Assembly: GCA_964595465.1 (NCBI GenBank)
Contig: CAZQQI010000012.1
Span: 1-55,738 of the forward strand
Length of the DNA stretch: 55,738 bases
Origin: an uncultured Planctomycetales bacterium
GTDB taxonomy: Bacteria; Omnitrophota; Gorgyraeia; Zapsychrales; JANLHA01
Direction of reading: 5' to 3'
In this document: piece by piece, positions 18,903-29,363 of the stretch
Layout of the letters: every line of letters starts with the position of its first letter
Position numbering within the stretch: the stretch's first letter is position 1
Position numbers and translations under genes: made by a program
Notes under the pieces: model-generated
What the model saw: only the letters and a program-made list of their open reading frames with translations
What the model was told of the DNA's origin: nothing
Database searches by the model: none

Positions 18903-19520
18903 ATGAATGCCGCAGCAACAGAATTTGTCGTGTTTGACGTCGAGACAACCGGTCTTTCTCCGGTTGACGGTGACCGGATCATTGAGTTGGCTGCGGCCCG
19001 TGTCCGGGGCGGGCGTATTGTCGAGACCTTTGAGTCCTATCTTAATCCTCAGCGGGATATTCCTGAGCAGTCGCAGCGGATTCATAATATTTCCGCAGAG
19101 ATGGTCGCCGATGCTCCGCTGGCTGCCGATGTTCTGCCTCGGTTTATTGAGTTTGTCGCCGGAGCCTGTCTCTGCGGACAAAATGTCAAATTCGATCTGG
19201 ATTTTGTATGCTACGAGGCCGGCCTGGCCGGCTGTGCCCTGCGTGCTGAGACCCCGGCGATCGATACGATCAAGATGGCGCGCTATTTTCTCCCTCAATT
19301 AACGACCTATCGGCTGTCTAGCCTGGCGCAGGCTGTGGGCCTTAAAGTCGGCACGACCCATCGCGCGATGGCGGATGTGGAACTGACAGTAGGTGTCCTG
19401 AACCGTCTCATTATGCTGGCAGAAGAGCAGGGGTTTACCCAGTTTAAAGACATTTTACGGGAATTTGGTGTGCTGAAACCTAAATTCCGGCTTGCCCAGA
19501 ATCAGGATCTGCTGTTTTAG
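18903..19520 (+). CDS. DEDDh 3'-5' exonuclease (DnaQ/PolC exonuclease-like)
   Basis: FDVETTG, RIIELAA, NVKFD, HRAMADV; AGGAGG RBS. Confidence 0.92.
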   Translation: MNAAATEFVVFDVETTGLSPVDGDRIIELAAARVRGGRIVETFESYLNPQRDIPEQSQRIHNISAEMVADAPLAADVLPRFIEFVAGACLCGQNVKFDLDFVCYEAGLAGCALRAETPAIDTIKMARYFLPQLTTYRLSSLAQAVGLKVGTTHRAMADVELTVGVLNRLIMLAEEQGFTQFKDILREFGVLKPKFRLAQNQDLLF

Positions 19521-19574
19521 CCTGATTTTTTGCCTTTTTATCCCAAGAGTGCTATAATTTGACTTCATAAATTG

Positions 19575-19712
19575 GGGTTTAGCGAATAGAGGATGGAGAA
19601 TAGCAAATATAAAACTACTTAGATGCTTTGCAGGATATAAGATGCACGTGTCTAAACTATTCGCCATTCGCTATTTGCTATTCGCTATTCACTATTTACT
19701 ATTTATCTTTAA
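19575..19712 (+). repeat. GAATAG/CTATTC-type self-complementary heptamer array
   Basis: AGCGAATAGAGG...GAATAGCAAAT followed by CTATTCG/CTATTTG/CTATTCA units. Confidence 0.75.
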
Positions 19713-19715
19713 TCT

Positions 19716-22187
19716 ATGCCTTATACGACCCACGAAATCCAGCGGATCGAAAAAAAATGGCAGGCCTACTGGCGCGAGCATAAGACCTTTGCTGCCCAGG
19801 CGGATCCGGCCAAGGAAAAATTTTACTGCCTGGAGATGTTTCCCTATCCGTCGGGGCGCATCCATATGGGGCACGTACGCAATTACACCATCGCCGATGT
19901 GGTGGCCCGGTTCAAGGGCATGCAGGGATATAATGTCCTGCATCCGATCGGCTATGATGCTTTTGGTCAGCCCGCCGAGAATGCCGCCATTAAGCATGAT
20001 ACGGATCCCGGAGAATGGACCCATCATTGTATTGACCAGATGCATAATGATTTTATCAAAATGGGTTTTTCCTACGACTGGGACCGCGAGGTGGCCACCT
20101 GCGACGCGGATTATTACAAATGGAATCAGTGGATCTTTACCAGGATGTTCGAAAAAGGCCTGGCGTATAAAAAGGCCTCTCCGGTCAACTGGTGTCCCAG
20201 CTGTGAGACGACTTTGGCTAATGAAGAGGTGATTAACGACGCCTGCTGGCGGTGTAAGAACGAAGTCGTGCAGAAGGATTTGGACCAGTGGTATCTCAAG
20301 ATCACAGATTATTCTGAACAATTGCTGGAAGATCTCGCCGAATTGAAAAATTGGCCGTCACGGGTCTGTGCTATGCAGGAGAACTGGATCGGCAAGAGCT
20401 ACGGCGTGGAGATCTTTTTTAAAGAAAGAGATTCCGGAACGACCATTCCGGTTTTTACCACCCGGGCGGATACGATATTCGGCGCGACCTACGTTGTTTT
20501 AGCGCCGGAACACCCTCTGGTGGAAGAATTTATCCAGGGACGCCCTGAAGCTGGTCAGGTCCGTGAGTTTGTCAAGAAAGCGCAGAATATGAGCAAATCC
20601 CTGCGTATGTCCGGTGACCAGCGCAAAGAAGGCGTTTTTACCGGCGCCTACGCAGTCAATCCGGTTAACGGGGAAGAGGTTCCGGTCTGGGTTGCGGATT
20701 ATGTCTTAATGGAATACGGGACCGGCGCCATTATGGCGGTTCCTACGCATGATCAACGCGACTTTCAGTTCGCCAGAGAACAGGATCTCCCCATGCGCAT
20801 CGTGATTCAGGATCCTCAACGTCCTGAACTCAAAGTCGAAAATATGGAAGAGGCCTATGTGGATGCCGGGCTGTTGGTGAACTCCGGCGAGTTCAATCAT
20901 CTGCCTAATGAAGAGGCCAAAGAGGCCATTGCCAAATGGATGGATGCCGAGGATATCGGCAGGATCACAGTGCATTGGCGCCTGCGGGACTGGCTGATCT
21001 CGCGTCAGCGCTACTGGGGCACCCCGATCCCCATGATCTATTGCGATAACTGCGGTGTGGTGCCGGTCCCGGAAAAGGACCTGCCGGTGACGCTTCCCAA
21101 AGAGGTTGAGATCACCGGTGAGGGGGGCAGTCCTCTGGCGCAAAGCGAGGATTTTATCAGCACGAAATGTCCGCAATGCGGTAAGCCCGCTCGCCGGGAA
21201 ACCGATACCATGGCCACCTTCTTTGATTCGTCCTGGTATTATCTGCGCTATTGCGACGCGCATAATGATACGGCTATTTTCGACAAGGATAAGGCCGCTT
21301 ACTGGATGCCGGTGGACCAGTATATCGGCGGGATCGAGCACGCCATTCTGCATCTTTTGTATTCCCGCTTTTTTACCAAATTTTTGCGGGATATTGGATT
21401 GCTGGCGATCGATGAGCCTTTTGACCGTCTTTTGACCCAGGGTATGGTGCTGAAAGACGGTGAAGTTATGTCCAAGTCCAAAGGAAATGTTGTGGATCCG
21501 GGCAGTGTGATCAACCGCTACGGCGCGGATACTCTGCGGCTGTTTATTTTATTCGCTGCTCCGCCGGAAGATCAGCTGGAATGGAACGACGGCGCGATCG
21601 ACGGGTCCTGGCGTTTTCTGTGTCGGATCTTCAACGCTGCCCATGACCGCTACCAAACCTCCGCGAAACACTATGACCCCTGCAGATTTGATGATCAGGA
21701 TCAGGCCCTTTACCGGGAGATCCATGCCGCGGTCAAAAAGGTCACGTCAGATTTCGGCGATGATCTGAAATTCAACACAGCGATCTCACAGATCATGATC
21801 CTGATGAATGCCCTGGAGAAATATGATCCGGCTACGCCGGAGAAGCAGGCCCTGCTGAACGAGGCGATCTGCACGGTGGTTCTGCTGATGGCCCCCATTA
21901 CCCCGCATGTGTGCGAAGAGCTGTGGGAGGCCATGGAACAGGACGGCCCGATCGCGCGCGCGGAGTGGCCGCGGTATAAAGAAGAGGCCCTGCAGGTTTC
22001 ATCCGTCACTGTGGTGGCCCAGATCAACGGCAAGGTCCGCGGAAAATTTGAAATGCCGGTCGACGCTCCCGAAGACCAGCTGCGGGAGATCGTTCTTTCT
22101 GATGAAAAGATTAAAGAGTATGTCGACGGCAAACAGATCCGCAAGTTCATTGTGGTCCCCAACCGTTTAGTGTCGATCGTGGTTTAG
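19716..22187 (+). CDS. leuS: leucine--tRNA ligase
   Basis: MFPYPSG, HMGH (HIGH), [16 protein letters not shown] (KMSKS). Confidence 0.98.
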   Translation: MPYTTHEIQRIEKKWQAYWREHKTFAAQADPAKEKFYCLEMFPYPSGRIHMGHVRNYTIADVVARFKGMQGYNVLHPIGYDAFGQPAENAAIKHDTDPGEWTHHCIDQMHNDFIKMGFSYDWDREVATCDADYYKWNQWIFTRMFEKGLAYKKASPVNWCPSCETTLANEEVINDACWRCKNEVVQKDLDQWYLKITDYSEQLLEDLAELKNWPSRVCAMQENWIGKSYGVEIFFKERDSGTTIPVFTTRADTIFGATYVVLAPEHPLVEEFIQGRPEAGQVREFVKKAQNMSKSLRMSGDQRKEGVFTGAYAVNPVNGEEVPVWVADYVLMEYGTGAIMAVPTHDQRDFQFAREQDLPMRIVIQDPQRPELKVENMEEAYVDAGLLVNSGEFNHLPNEEAKEAIAKWMDAEDIGRITVHWRLRDWLISRQRYWGTPIPMIYCDNCGVVPVPEKDLPVTLPKEVEITGEGGSPLAQSEDFISTKCPQCGKPARRETDTMATFFDSSWYYLRYCDAHNDTAIFDKDKAAYWMPVDQYIGGIEHAILHLLYSRFFTKFLRDIGLLAIDEPFDRLLTQGMVLKDGEVMSKSKGNVVDPGSVINRYGADTLRLFILFAAPPEDQLEWNDGAIDGSWRFLCRIFNAAHDRYQTSAKHYDPCRFDDQDQALYREIHAAVKKVTSDFGDDLKFNTAISQIMILMNALEKYDPATPEKQALLNEAICTVVLLMAPITPHVCEELWEAMEQDGPIARAEWPRYKEEALQVSSVTVVAQINGKVRGKFEMPVDAPEDQLREIVLSDEKIKEYVDGKQIRKFIVVPNRLVSIVV

Positions 22188-22199
22188 CGCCGGACAGCG

Positions 22200-22380
22200 C
22201 GAAAATGGTGAATAGTGAATGGAGAATAGAAACTGGCAAACAGTCGAATCATTGTGCTGTCAAGCTTCTGCCATAAAACCGTAATGTATACGCATTTTAT
22301 TTACTATTTTCTATTCTCTATTTTCTATTCGCTATTTTCTATTTACTATTCTCTATTCTCTATTTTCTATTCGCTAATAT
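22200..22380 (+). repeat. GAATAG/CTATTC-type self-complementary heptamer array
   Basis: GTGAATAGTGAATGGAGAATAGA, then about 11 CTATTYT/CTATTCG units. Confidence 0.8.
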
Positions 22381-22422
22381 TTCCATCCCCCTCCTGTAAC
22401 CGATCCCCCTAAAGTTCAGCCC

Positions 22423-22767
22423 ATGTTCGCTTTAACACAGCCTGAACGGCGCGCGCTGTATTTTGTCTGCGCGGCAGTTGCCGCGGGGAGCCTGCTGAAG
22501 ATCGCCTTCTGTTTTTTCCCGGCGTGGACCAGCGCGGTCTATCCTTCTGTCCAAAATTCTCTGCCGCCGGTTAATATCAATACAGCTTCGCAATTGGAGT
22601 TGGTCCGCATCAGCGGCATCGGCCATCGTCTGGCTGTGCGCATTATCCGTGAACGGCAGCAGCGTCCCTTTGAACAATGTGGAGAGCTTTTACGTGTCCG
22701 GGGCATCGGTCCGGTTCTGCTTGAGCGTATTTCCCCTTATATCCGCTGTCGGAGGGGTGCGTCATGA
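22423..22767 (+). CDS. comEA: ComEA family helix-hairpin-helix DNA-binding protein
   Basis: N-terminal TM; VNINTASQLELVRISGIG...LLRVRGIGP; upstream of comEC. Confidence 0.8.
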   Translation: MFALTQPERRALYFVCAAVAAGSLLKIAFCFFPAWTSAVYPSVQNSLPPVNINTASQLELVRISGIGHRLAVRIIRERQQRPFEQCGELLRVRGIGPVLLERISPYIRCRRGAS

Positions 22768-24293
22768 AACGCTGCCGGTATCCGTTTCTTTGTGTGCTTT
22801 GCTTGTCGGCAATGGTTATTCTGGTGAATCAGGCCGGAACAGCAGCGGCGGGAATCTTGTTGGCATGCTGTTCAGCGGCTCTTCTGGCCGTGTGCCGGTA
22901 TGGTAACCGGGAGTGGGTTTTTTTGCTGACCTGCGTCTTAAGCATTGCCCTGGCAGCCACTGTCCGCTGCGGTGCCGAATATTGTTCTGTGGAGAAGCGG
23001 TTGATCCGCTCAGAGATCAGGGACGAGATACGTACGCTTTACGGTAAAGTGTGTCCTCCGGTCACGATGCATGCATCGGCCCGGGGTCCCAAAGTCACGT
23101 TTCATTTTTCAGCGCTTGGTTATGAAGATTTTCAGGGACGTTTTTTCCGGATCTGTGATCGGGTCCGGGTGAAGGTTTTTTTCGACGCGGATGTTTTTCC
23201 CGGCGATCTGATCGCGCTCCGGGGCCGGCTTCACCCGCCCAGCGATTTCAATTCCGCCGGGCGTTTTTCTTACCGCCAGTATCTGGCCCGTCAGGGCATT
23301 CATTGGCTGTTGAGTGTCGGCAAAGAGGGGAAGATGACTGTTATCGCGCCCGCGACCCGCCGGGGATTCCCTGCCTGGCGAGCGCACTTTCAGAAGAAAT
23401 TCAGTCTTTATTTAAGGCCGGTTTCCGCCGGCATTATGCGCGCCGTTATCCTTGGCGACCGCGCGCACATTCCCCGCTATATTTACGATGTCTTCCGCCG
23501 GACAGGAACAGCCCATGTCTTGGCTATCAGCGGACTGCATATCGGGATCGTGACCGCGCTGATCTTTCTGCTGGCCGCCGCGGCCGCACCGGGTATTAAA
23601 CGGCGGGCTTTATTAGCGGTTGTTCTGCTCTGGCTGTTTGTGGGCCTGACAGCGGGAAGGGCGTCTGTTTTGCGTTCGGCGATTATGGCGACATTGTTTT
23701 TACTGGCCTTTAGATTGGAAAGGCCGGCTCACGGTATGAATATTCTGCCAGCCGCGGGATGTATCTTGCTGGTACTGGATCCGGACCATCTCATGAGCAT
23801 TGGGTTTCAGCTGTCGTTCAGCGCCGTGGCAGCGATTCTGGTCTTTTTTCCGGTATGGCAGAAATGGGGTTCTGAGAGAGGAGTTATACAGAACAGGCCC
23901 TGGGTTGCGGCGTTCTGGTCGTCTCTGGGAGTGAGTCTGGCGGCCTGGTTCGGAGTCGCCGGATGGGTGGCGTATTATTTCGGCATGCTCGCGCCGGTAG
24001 CTGTTGTCGCCAACCTGTTCATCGTGCCTCTCATGGGGCTAATCGTGACCTTAGGGGTGATCCTTATGATCATACCGTCAGGGTGGCCCGTTCTGCTGGA
24101 AGTGATCGCGGTGAATGCCGAAGTGATTATCCGGATCGTGATTGCGCTGGCAGGATTTTTTGACCGCCTTCCCGGTGCCGCGGTGAGGGTGGGATATGTC
24201 CCGCGGGCAGCGGTGGTCGGCTATTACGCGGTCCTGGTGGTGCTGGGGTGTGTCTGTCACAAAGTGACAAAAAACGGGAAACGTGAAACGTGA
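22764..24293 (+). CDS. comEC: ComEC/Rec2 competence protein (no beta-lactamase-like domain)
   Basis: ILGDR, GTAHVLAISGLHIG, SVLRSAIM, GFQLSF, ANL. Confidence 0.92.
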   Translation: MKRCRYPFLCVLCLSAMVILVNQAGTAAAGILLACCSAALLAVCRYGNREWVFLLTCVLSIALAATVRCGAEYCSVEKRLIRSEIRDEIRTLYGKVCPPVTMHASARGPKVTFHFSALGYEDFQGRFFRICDRVRVKVFFDADVFPGDLIALRGRLHPPSDFNSAGRFSYRQYLARQGIHWLLSVGKEGKMTVIAPATRRGFPAWRAHFQKKFSLYLRPVSAGIMRAVILGDRAHIPRYIYDVFRRTGTAHVLAISGLHIGIVTALIFLLAAAAAPGIKRRALLAVVLLWLFVGLTAGRASVLRSAIMATLFLLAFRLERPAHGMNILPAAGCILLVLDPDHLMSIGFQLSFSAVAAILVFFPVWQKWGSERGVIQNRPWVAAFWSSLGVSLAAWFGVAGWVAYYFGMLAPVAVVANLFIVPLMGLIVTLGVILMIIPSGWPVLLEVIAVNAEVIIRIVIALAGFFDRLPGAAVRVGYVPRAAVVGYYAVLVVLGCVCHKVTKNGKRET

Positions 24294-24455
24294 AACGGGA
24301 AACGTGAAGCGGTGTTTTCGGCTTATCGGGTTGCGTGTTTATTGTGTTTTGGGTTTGTTGCGTTTCACGTTTCACTCTTCCCGTTTCACGTTTTACGTTT
24401 CACTCTTCCCGTTTCACGTTTACCGTTTCACGTTTCACGTTTCACGTTTACCGTT
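24272..24455 (+). repeat. self-complementary GAAACGT / ACGTTTC heptamer array overlapping the comEC stop
   Basis: GAAACGTGAAACGTGAAACGG...spacer...GTTTCACGTTTCAC units. Confidence 0.85.
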
Positions 24456-24492
24456 GAATGTTAACCCAACAACCGATAAAAAGGAGGATGAC

Positions 24493-25197
24493 ATGAACGA
24501 TAGAAACACAAAAGGATTGCAGGTCAGGGAATGGCCGGCGGATGAGCGGCCGCGGGAGAAATTGCTGGCCCGGGGAGAGCAGGCATTGAGTAATGCGGAA
24601 TTATTAGCGATCCTTTTGCGGACCGGCAGCCGGGGGGAAGACGTTGTTGCTCTCGCCCGCAGGATCTTGCACGCCTGCGGGGGGTGGGGCGGTCTGCTTC
24701 GGGCAGAAAAGGGAGCATGGGGCGGGTTCCGCGGGCTGGGTCCGGCGAAAATCGCTCAGATCAGGGCGGCGCTTGAGATCGGGAGACGGTTCCGTTATCA
24801 GGAGGCGCGGCAGCGAAAAGAGAAAATACGGTCCGCAGCGGACGCGGCGCGGTTATTGTCGCCGTTGATGAGGGAGCGGCCGGTAGAAAGTTTTTGGATG
24901 ATGTGCCTGGACAGTGACCATCGGGTGATCGATATCCGTGAAGAATGCCGGGGAACAGTGAATTTTGCCGAACCAATCCTGCGTGAGATCATGCGGCGGG
25001 CCATTCAGGGATTTGCCGCAGCAGTGATCTGTGCTCATAATCACCCTTCCGGGCGGCCGGACCCCAGTCCGCAGGACCGCGCTTTTACCCGGCGACTGGT
25101 GCAGGCCGGGGAATGCCTGCAGGTCAAGGTTCTGGATCATTTGATCATAACAGATCAGACGTATTACAGCTTCGCTGATCAGGGAGTGCTCAATTGA
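24493..25197 (+). CDS. radC: RadC/JAB domain protein
   Basis: AAGGAGG RBS; ERPREKL, AELLAILLRTG, AHNHPSG..PS..D, VLDHLII. Confidence 0.95.
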   Translation: MNDRNTKGLQVREWPADERPREKLLARGEQALSNAELLAILLRTGSRGEDVVALARRILHACGGWGGLLRAEKGAWGGFRGLGPAKIAQIRAALEIGRRFRYQEARQRKEKIRSAADAARLLSPLMRERPVESFWMMCLDSDHRVIDIREECRGTVNFAEPILREIMRRAIQGFAAAVICAHNHPSGRPDPSPQDRAFTRRLVQAGECLQVKVLDHLIITDQTYYSFADQGVLN

Positions 25198-25222
25198 CAA
25201 AGACCCGCCGCTATGCTAAATT
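25194..25222 (+). promoter_or_regulatory. sigma70-like promoter
   Basis: TTGACA-17 nt-TAAATT with extended -10 TG. Confidence 0.55.
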
Positions 25223-25266
25223 GCAAAATAAGCTTATCAGTAAAAGTATTAATATATAGAGGACGT

Positions 25267-26226
25267 ATGAAGAAGATTATCTTATGTTTATGGCTGTGTG
25301 CGGCCTGTGTGGCTGCTCCGGCGGTGACCGCTCATGCTTTCTGGATGTGGACCCCGGAAAGCGGGAAATGGGTCAACCCCAAATACGCGGTTAAAGATAC
25401 CCCTCAGGAACAGCTTGAATACGCCCTTGAAGTCTATCAGGCCGGCGAGCCGGCAGACGCTGAAGACGAGATGCGCAAATTGATCAAGCATTATCCCAAA
25501 GCCCGGGAAGCCGCGGAGGCACAGTTTTATATCGCGCAGTTTCAGCAGGAGCAGGGAGATCTGGCCAAGGCCTTCAAAAGTTATCAGCTGGTGCTGGAAA
25601 AATATCCCTTTACCGAGCGGACCCGCCAGATTATTGAGCGCCAATATAACATCGCGGACCGTCTTCTGCAGGGCAAGGCCAAGCGGGAAGAGGAGAGCCT
25701 GTGGGCCCGGATCGGGGTGTCGTATATTGACGTGGTGGATATGTTCCGGCAGGTGATCAAGAATGCGCCCTACGGAGAATTTTCCGCACCGTCCCAGTAT
25801 AAGATCGGTTTATATTTTAAAGAAGAGGGGCTGCTGCAGGAAGCCCGTGATGCCTTTGAAAAAACCTTGAACGATTATCCCGAGACTGAATGGGCACAAG
25901 CCGCGCGTTACCAGATCGCTGCGTCTGACGCCGAGCGTTCGGCCGCGGCGGCCTATGACCAGAAGATCACCGCGACAGCCATTGAAGAGTTGGAAGATTT
26001 TGTGCAGGATTACCCTGAAGCAGAACTGAAGGATAGCGCGAAACAGCAGATCCGGGAATTGCGTGAAAAAGAGGCTGAGAACAATTTTATTATCGCGGAA
26101 TTTTATGAAAAACAGGAAGAGTTTGAGGCGGCCAAAGTTTATTATCATACGATCGTTGATGAGTATGATAAAACCGAATGGGCGTCCAAGGCCCTGGAAA
26201 AGATCCGAAAGCTAAATACACAATGA
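25267..26226 (+). CDS. outer membrane protein assembly factor BamD-like TPR protein
   Basis: Signal peptide; TPR-like repeats (LIKHYP, VLEKYP, LNDYP, FVQDYP); YDQ..T..AIEEL and IAEFYEK resemble BamD/YfiO. Confidence 0.75.
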   Translation: MKKIILCLWLCAACVAAPAVTAHAFWMWTPESGKWVNPKYAVKDTPQEQLEYALEVYQAGEPADAEDEMRKLIKHYPKAREAAEAQFYIAQFQQEQGDLAKAFKSYQLVLEKYPFTERTRQIIERQYNIADRLLQGKAKREEESLWARIGVSYIDVVDMFRQVIKNAPYGEFSAPSQYKIGLYFKEEGLLQEARDAFEKTLNDYPETEWAQAARYQIAASDAERSAAAAYDQKITATAIEELEDFVQDYPEAELKDSAKQQIRELREKEAENNFIIAEFYEKQEEFEAAKVYYHTIVDEYDKTEWASKALEKIRKLNTQ

Positions 26227-26774
26227 GCCGAAATAATTGCGCGAAAATATTGGGCAGCATCACTGTCGCGGCATGTTTGCTGATCCCCGCCTGCGGGTAT
26301 ACGACCAAATCAGCCCTCCCGGATCGCCTGCAGACCGTCTATGTCGATCATTTTGATAATAAGATCAATTACGCGGCCGATGCTACCGGCGGACGCAATG
26401 TGTATTTTCCTCTGCTGGAAGTGGAATTGCGTGACGCGGTGATCGAACGTTTTCAGTTTGACGGGAATTTAAGTGTGATCGATTCTCCGGAAGATGCCGA
26501 TCTGGTTCTTGACGGGGCACTGGTGCAGTACCGCAGGGATGCGCTGCGGTTCACGGATGATAATGATGCTCAGGAATACCGCGTTCAGATCGTGGGGAAA
26601 TTGGAACTGATGGATAACGCCGCCGGTGAGCCGCTATGGCAGTACGACCGTTTTATAGGAGAAGCAACGTATTTTGTCACCGGGGCGCAGGCCAGCAGTG
26701 AAGAGTCTGCTGTTGACGAGGCCACAACAGATTTGGCCCGGCGTATCGTTGAACGGACCATCGAGAACTGGTAG
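26223..26774 (+). CDS. lptE: LptE family lipoprotein
   Basis: Lipobox PACGY; VYVDHFDNK, DADLVLDG, LARRIVERTIENW; located upstream of holA. Confidence 0.75.
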   Translation: MSRNNCAKILGSITVAACLLIPACGYTTKSALPDRLQTVYVDHFDNKINYAADATGGRNVYFPLLEVELRDAVIERFQFDGNLSVIDSPEDADLVLDGALVQYRRDALRFTDDNDAQEYRVQIVGKLELMDNAAGEPLWQYDRFIGEATYFVTGAQASSEESAVDEATTDLARRIVERTIENW

Positions 26775-26823
26775 CCGGCCGTGAACCCACTTCCGGCCGT
26801 TGAGGCCGTCTTTCCGAGGCAAT

Positions 26824-27468
26824 ATGTATTATGTGATCCTGGGGCCGGACAGCCCGCAAAAATCTTCCCGCATGCAATCCCTGAAAGACGCCTTCCTGGT
26901 TTCAGCTGAAGCCCGTGAATTTGATCACGATGTCTTTTATGCGGCAAAGCTCGCCGTGGATGATCTCAAAAGGTCTCTGGAGGCTCTTCCCGCGGTCGCG
27001 GGAAAGCGGCTGGTCCTGGTCCATGAACCGGAAAAATTCAAAAAACCCCATAAAGAACTGCTCAAGAGATATCTGCAGTCCCCGGGGAAAACGGTTGTGA
27101 TCCTGGAGTCTGCGGTCCTGTCGGCCGGCGACCGCTTTCTTGCTTCGCTTCCTCCGGCTGAGGATGTGATCGACCTGTCTTCCAAATCCCGCCAAAAGAA
27201 TGTCTTTGATATGACACGCATGATCTCCTCCCGGCGGGGATCTGACGCGTTAACTCTTTTACATCAATTGCTGGAACGGGGGGAAGCTCCGGTCAGGATG
27301 CTGGGCGCCTTGGCCTGGTTTTGGGGGCAGGAACGCACCAAAGTGTCGGAAGCGGTCTTCAAAAAAGGCCTCCTGTATTTACAGGAGGCCGATCGAAATG
27401 TGAAACGCAGCCGGTTGACGCCGGTGCAATCCCTGGAATTGGTCATCACGCAGTTGAGCGCGTTATGA
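26824..27468 (+). CDS. holA: DNA polymerase III subunit delta (shortened)
   Basis: YVILG, LP...KRLVLV, VFD...ALTLLHQLLERGEAP, LQEADRNVK; synteny with lptE and rpsT. Confidence 0.7.
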   Translation: MYYVILGPDSPQKSSRMQSLKDAFLVSAEAREFDHDVFYAAKLAVDDLKRSLEALPAVAGKRLVLVHEPEKFKKPHKELLKRYLQSPGKTVVILESAVLSAGDRFLASLPPAEDVIDLSSKSRQKNVFDMTRMISSRRGSDALTLLHQLLERGEAPVRMLGALAWFWGQERTKVSEAVFKKGLLYLQEADRNVKRSRLTPVQSLELVITQLSAL

Positions 27469-27478
27469 TTAACTTTGG

Positions 27479-27742
27479 TTATTTAGCTGTTTTCAACAGG
27501 CTGGAAAGCTGGGATTTGCGGCGGGCGGCGGTATTTTTATGCATAAGGTTGCGTTTGGCCGCTTTGTCGATCTTTTTGCAGACGGTCTTGAGCTGTTCTC
27601 TGGCGTCGTCCGTTTTTTCGGACTGCACCGTTTCCCGGAAACCTTTGATCGTCTTTTTCAGATCGGTCTTCACGTCAAGGTTGCGAAGGTGATTTTTGCG
27701 GTTTTTCCGCAGTTCTTTAATTCCTGATCTACGTTGTGGCAA
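27479..27742 (-). CDS. rpsT: 30S ribosomal protein S20
   Basis: TTG start with GAAAGGAG RBS; IDKAAKRNLMHKNTAARRKS. Confidence 0.95.
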   Translation of the reverse strand: MPQRRSGIKELRKNRKNHLRNLDVKTDLKKTIKGFRETVQSEKTDDAREQLKTVCKKIDKAAKRNLMHKNTAARRKSQLSSLLKTAK

Positions 27743-27794
27743 TGGTCTCACTCCTTTCCGATTGAGTGGAGTAATATAACAAAAGGCCTGAAAT

Positions 27795-29363
27795 ATGTCA
27801 AATGAAAAAAAACCGGGTCTGGATTCTCTGCGGGCGATCGTGCAGAACATGTCTATCGTTTCAGCCGGGACATTGACTTCGCGGATTCTGGGGTTTTTCC
27901 GGGATGTGATCCTGGCAAAATTTCTGGGAACCGGACTGCAGGCTGACGCCCTTTTCGTGGCTTTTCGTATCCCCAATTTATTTCGGGATTTTGTGGGAGA
28001 GGGAGCGGCGAATTCCACTGTGGTACCGGTCTTTTCGGAATACGCGCACCGTGATCAGCCCAGGGAATTCTGGCGTCTGGTGGCTGTGGTTCTGCTGATC
28101 GCGACCGGAATCCTGACAGCGCTGACCGTGGCGGGGATGCTTTTGGCTCCGTTCATTGTGCGTATTCTGGCCCCGGGATTTATGGCGGTCCCGGAAAAGG
28201 TGGCACTGACGGTGCAGTTGACCCGCATCCTGTTTCCGTATTTGATCTTTATCGGGCTGACGGCCTATACCATGGCGATCCTGTACACGTTCCGGCGTTT
28301 TGCTGTACCGGCATTCAGTCCCTGTCTGCTCAATATTGCTATTATTGTCTGCGCGCTGCTGGCCGCGCATTATCAATGGACTCCTGTTTACGGTGTTGCT
28401 GCCGGGATCCTTTTAGGAGGCCTGCTGCAGCTGGCTGTGCAGATCCCTCCGGTCATTAAGGCGGGTTTTCGTTTTCCGCCTCCGGCTCCTGTCCGTCATC
28501 CCGGGGTGGTGCAGATCGGGCGCCTGCTTGTTCCGCGCCTGATCGGGGCGGGGGTCTATCAGCTGACGATTTTTATTGATACGTTCTGCGCGTCGCTGGC
28601 TTTTATTGTCGGGGCAGGAGGGATTTCAGCGATCTATTATTCCAACCGGATCATTCAGCTGCCTATGGGAGTTTTCAGTATCGCCCTGGCCTCCGCAGTC
28701 CTGCCGACGTTGTCTTCGCTGGCGGCGAAAAAAGATATCACCCGTCTGAGGGATACTGTGATCTTTGCTCTGGAGAACATCTTTTTTGTCATGATCCCGG
28801 CGGCGGTGATGACCATGGTGCTGGCCCGGCCGATCATCCGGGTTCTTTTTCAGCGGGGAGAATTCGGTGAATATTCGACCATGATCACTTCATCGGCCCT
28901 GACTTTTTACGCCATCGGTTTGTTCGCCTTCGGAGGGATCAAGATCCTGGTCTCTTCGTTCCATGCCCTGCAGGACACCCGCACCCCCGTCAAGGTCTCG
29001 GCGTCCTGCTTGGTGATCAACGGCGTGCTGAATGTCGCCCTGATGTTTCCTTTGAAGATCGCGGGGATCGCTTTTGCCAGTTCGGTGGCCGGACTGGTGA
29101 ATTTTACCGCGCTGCTGCTATTGCTGGAAAAACGCATCGGCAGTCTGACCGAGACGCTGGGCGCCTTTGTCCTGCGGGTTCTGCTGAGCGCGGTCTTGAG
29201 CGGGTTCGCTGTGGCCTGGCTGTGGAATACGGCTCCTGCGGCGGAATGGCTCAAACTGTCGGTCCTTCTGCCGGGAGGGATGATCGTCTACCTTGCCGGA
29301 TGTTATTATCTTAATGTGCCCCAGGCCAGGAAATTGATCATATGGATATTCGGGAAAAAGTAA
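27795..29363 (+). CDS. murJ: lipid II flippase MurJ
   Basis: SRILGFFRD, AFRIPNLFR..GEGA, RIIQLPMG, DTRTP. Confidence 0.96.
   Translation: MSNEKKPGLDSLRAIVQNMSIVSAGTLTSRILGFFRDVILAKFLGTGLQADALFVAFRIPNLFRDFVGEGAANSTVVPVFSEYAHRDQPREFWRLVAVVLLIATGILTALTVAGMLLAPFIVRILAPGFMAVPEKVALTVQLTRILFPYLIFIGLTAYTMAILYTFRRFAVPAFSPCLLNIAIIVCALLAAHYQWTPVYGVAAGILLGGLLQLAVQIPPVIKAGFRFPPPAPVRHPGVVQIGRLLVPRLIGAGVYQLTIFIDTFCASLAFIVGAGGISAIYYSNRIIQLPMGVFSIALASAVLPTLSSLAAKKDITRLRDTVIFALENIFFVMIPAAVMTMVLARPIIRVLFQRGEFGEYSTMITSSALTFYAIGLFAFGGIKILVSSFHALQDTRTPVKVSASCLVINGVLNVALMFPLKIAGIAFASSVAGLVNFTALLLLLEKRIGSLTETLGAFVLRVLLSAVLSGFAVAWLWNTAPAAEWLKLSVLLPGGMIVYLAGCYYLNVPQARKLIIWIFGKK

Noticed and set aside
24283-24492. N-terminal extensions in the ORF track for radC, the HAD hydrolase (50164-50241) and rpsT (27743-28018)
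   Set aside because: Repeat-derived or overlapping murJ; downstream starts match family N-termini, with clear RBSs for radC and rpsT
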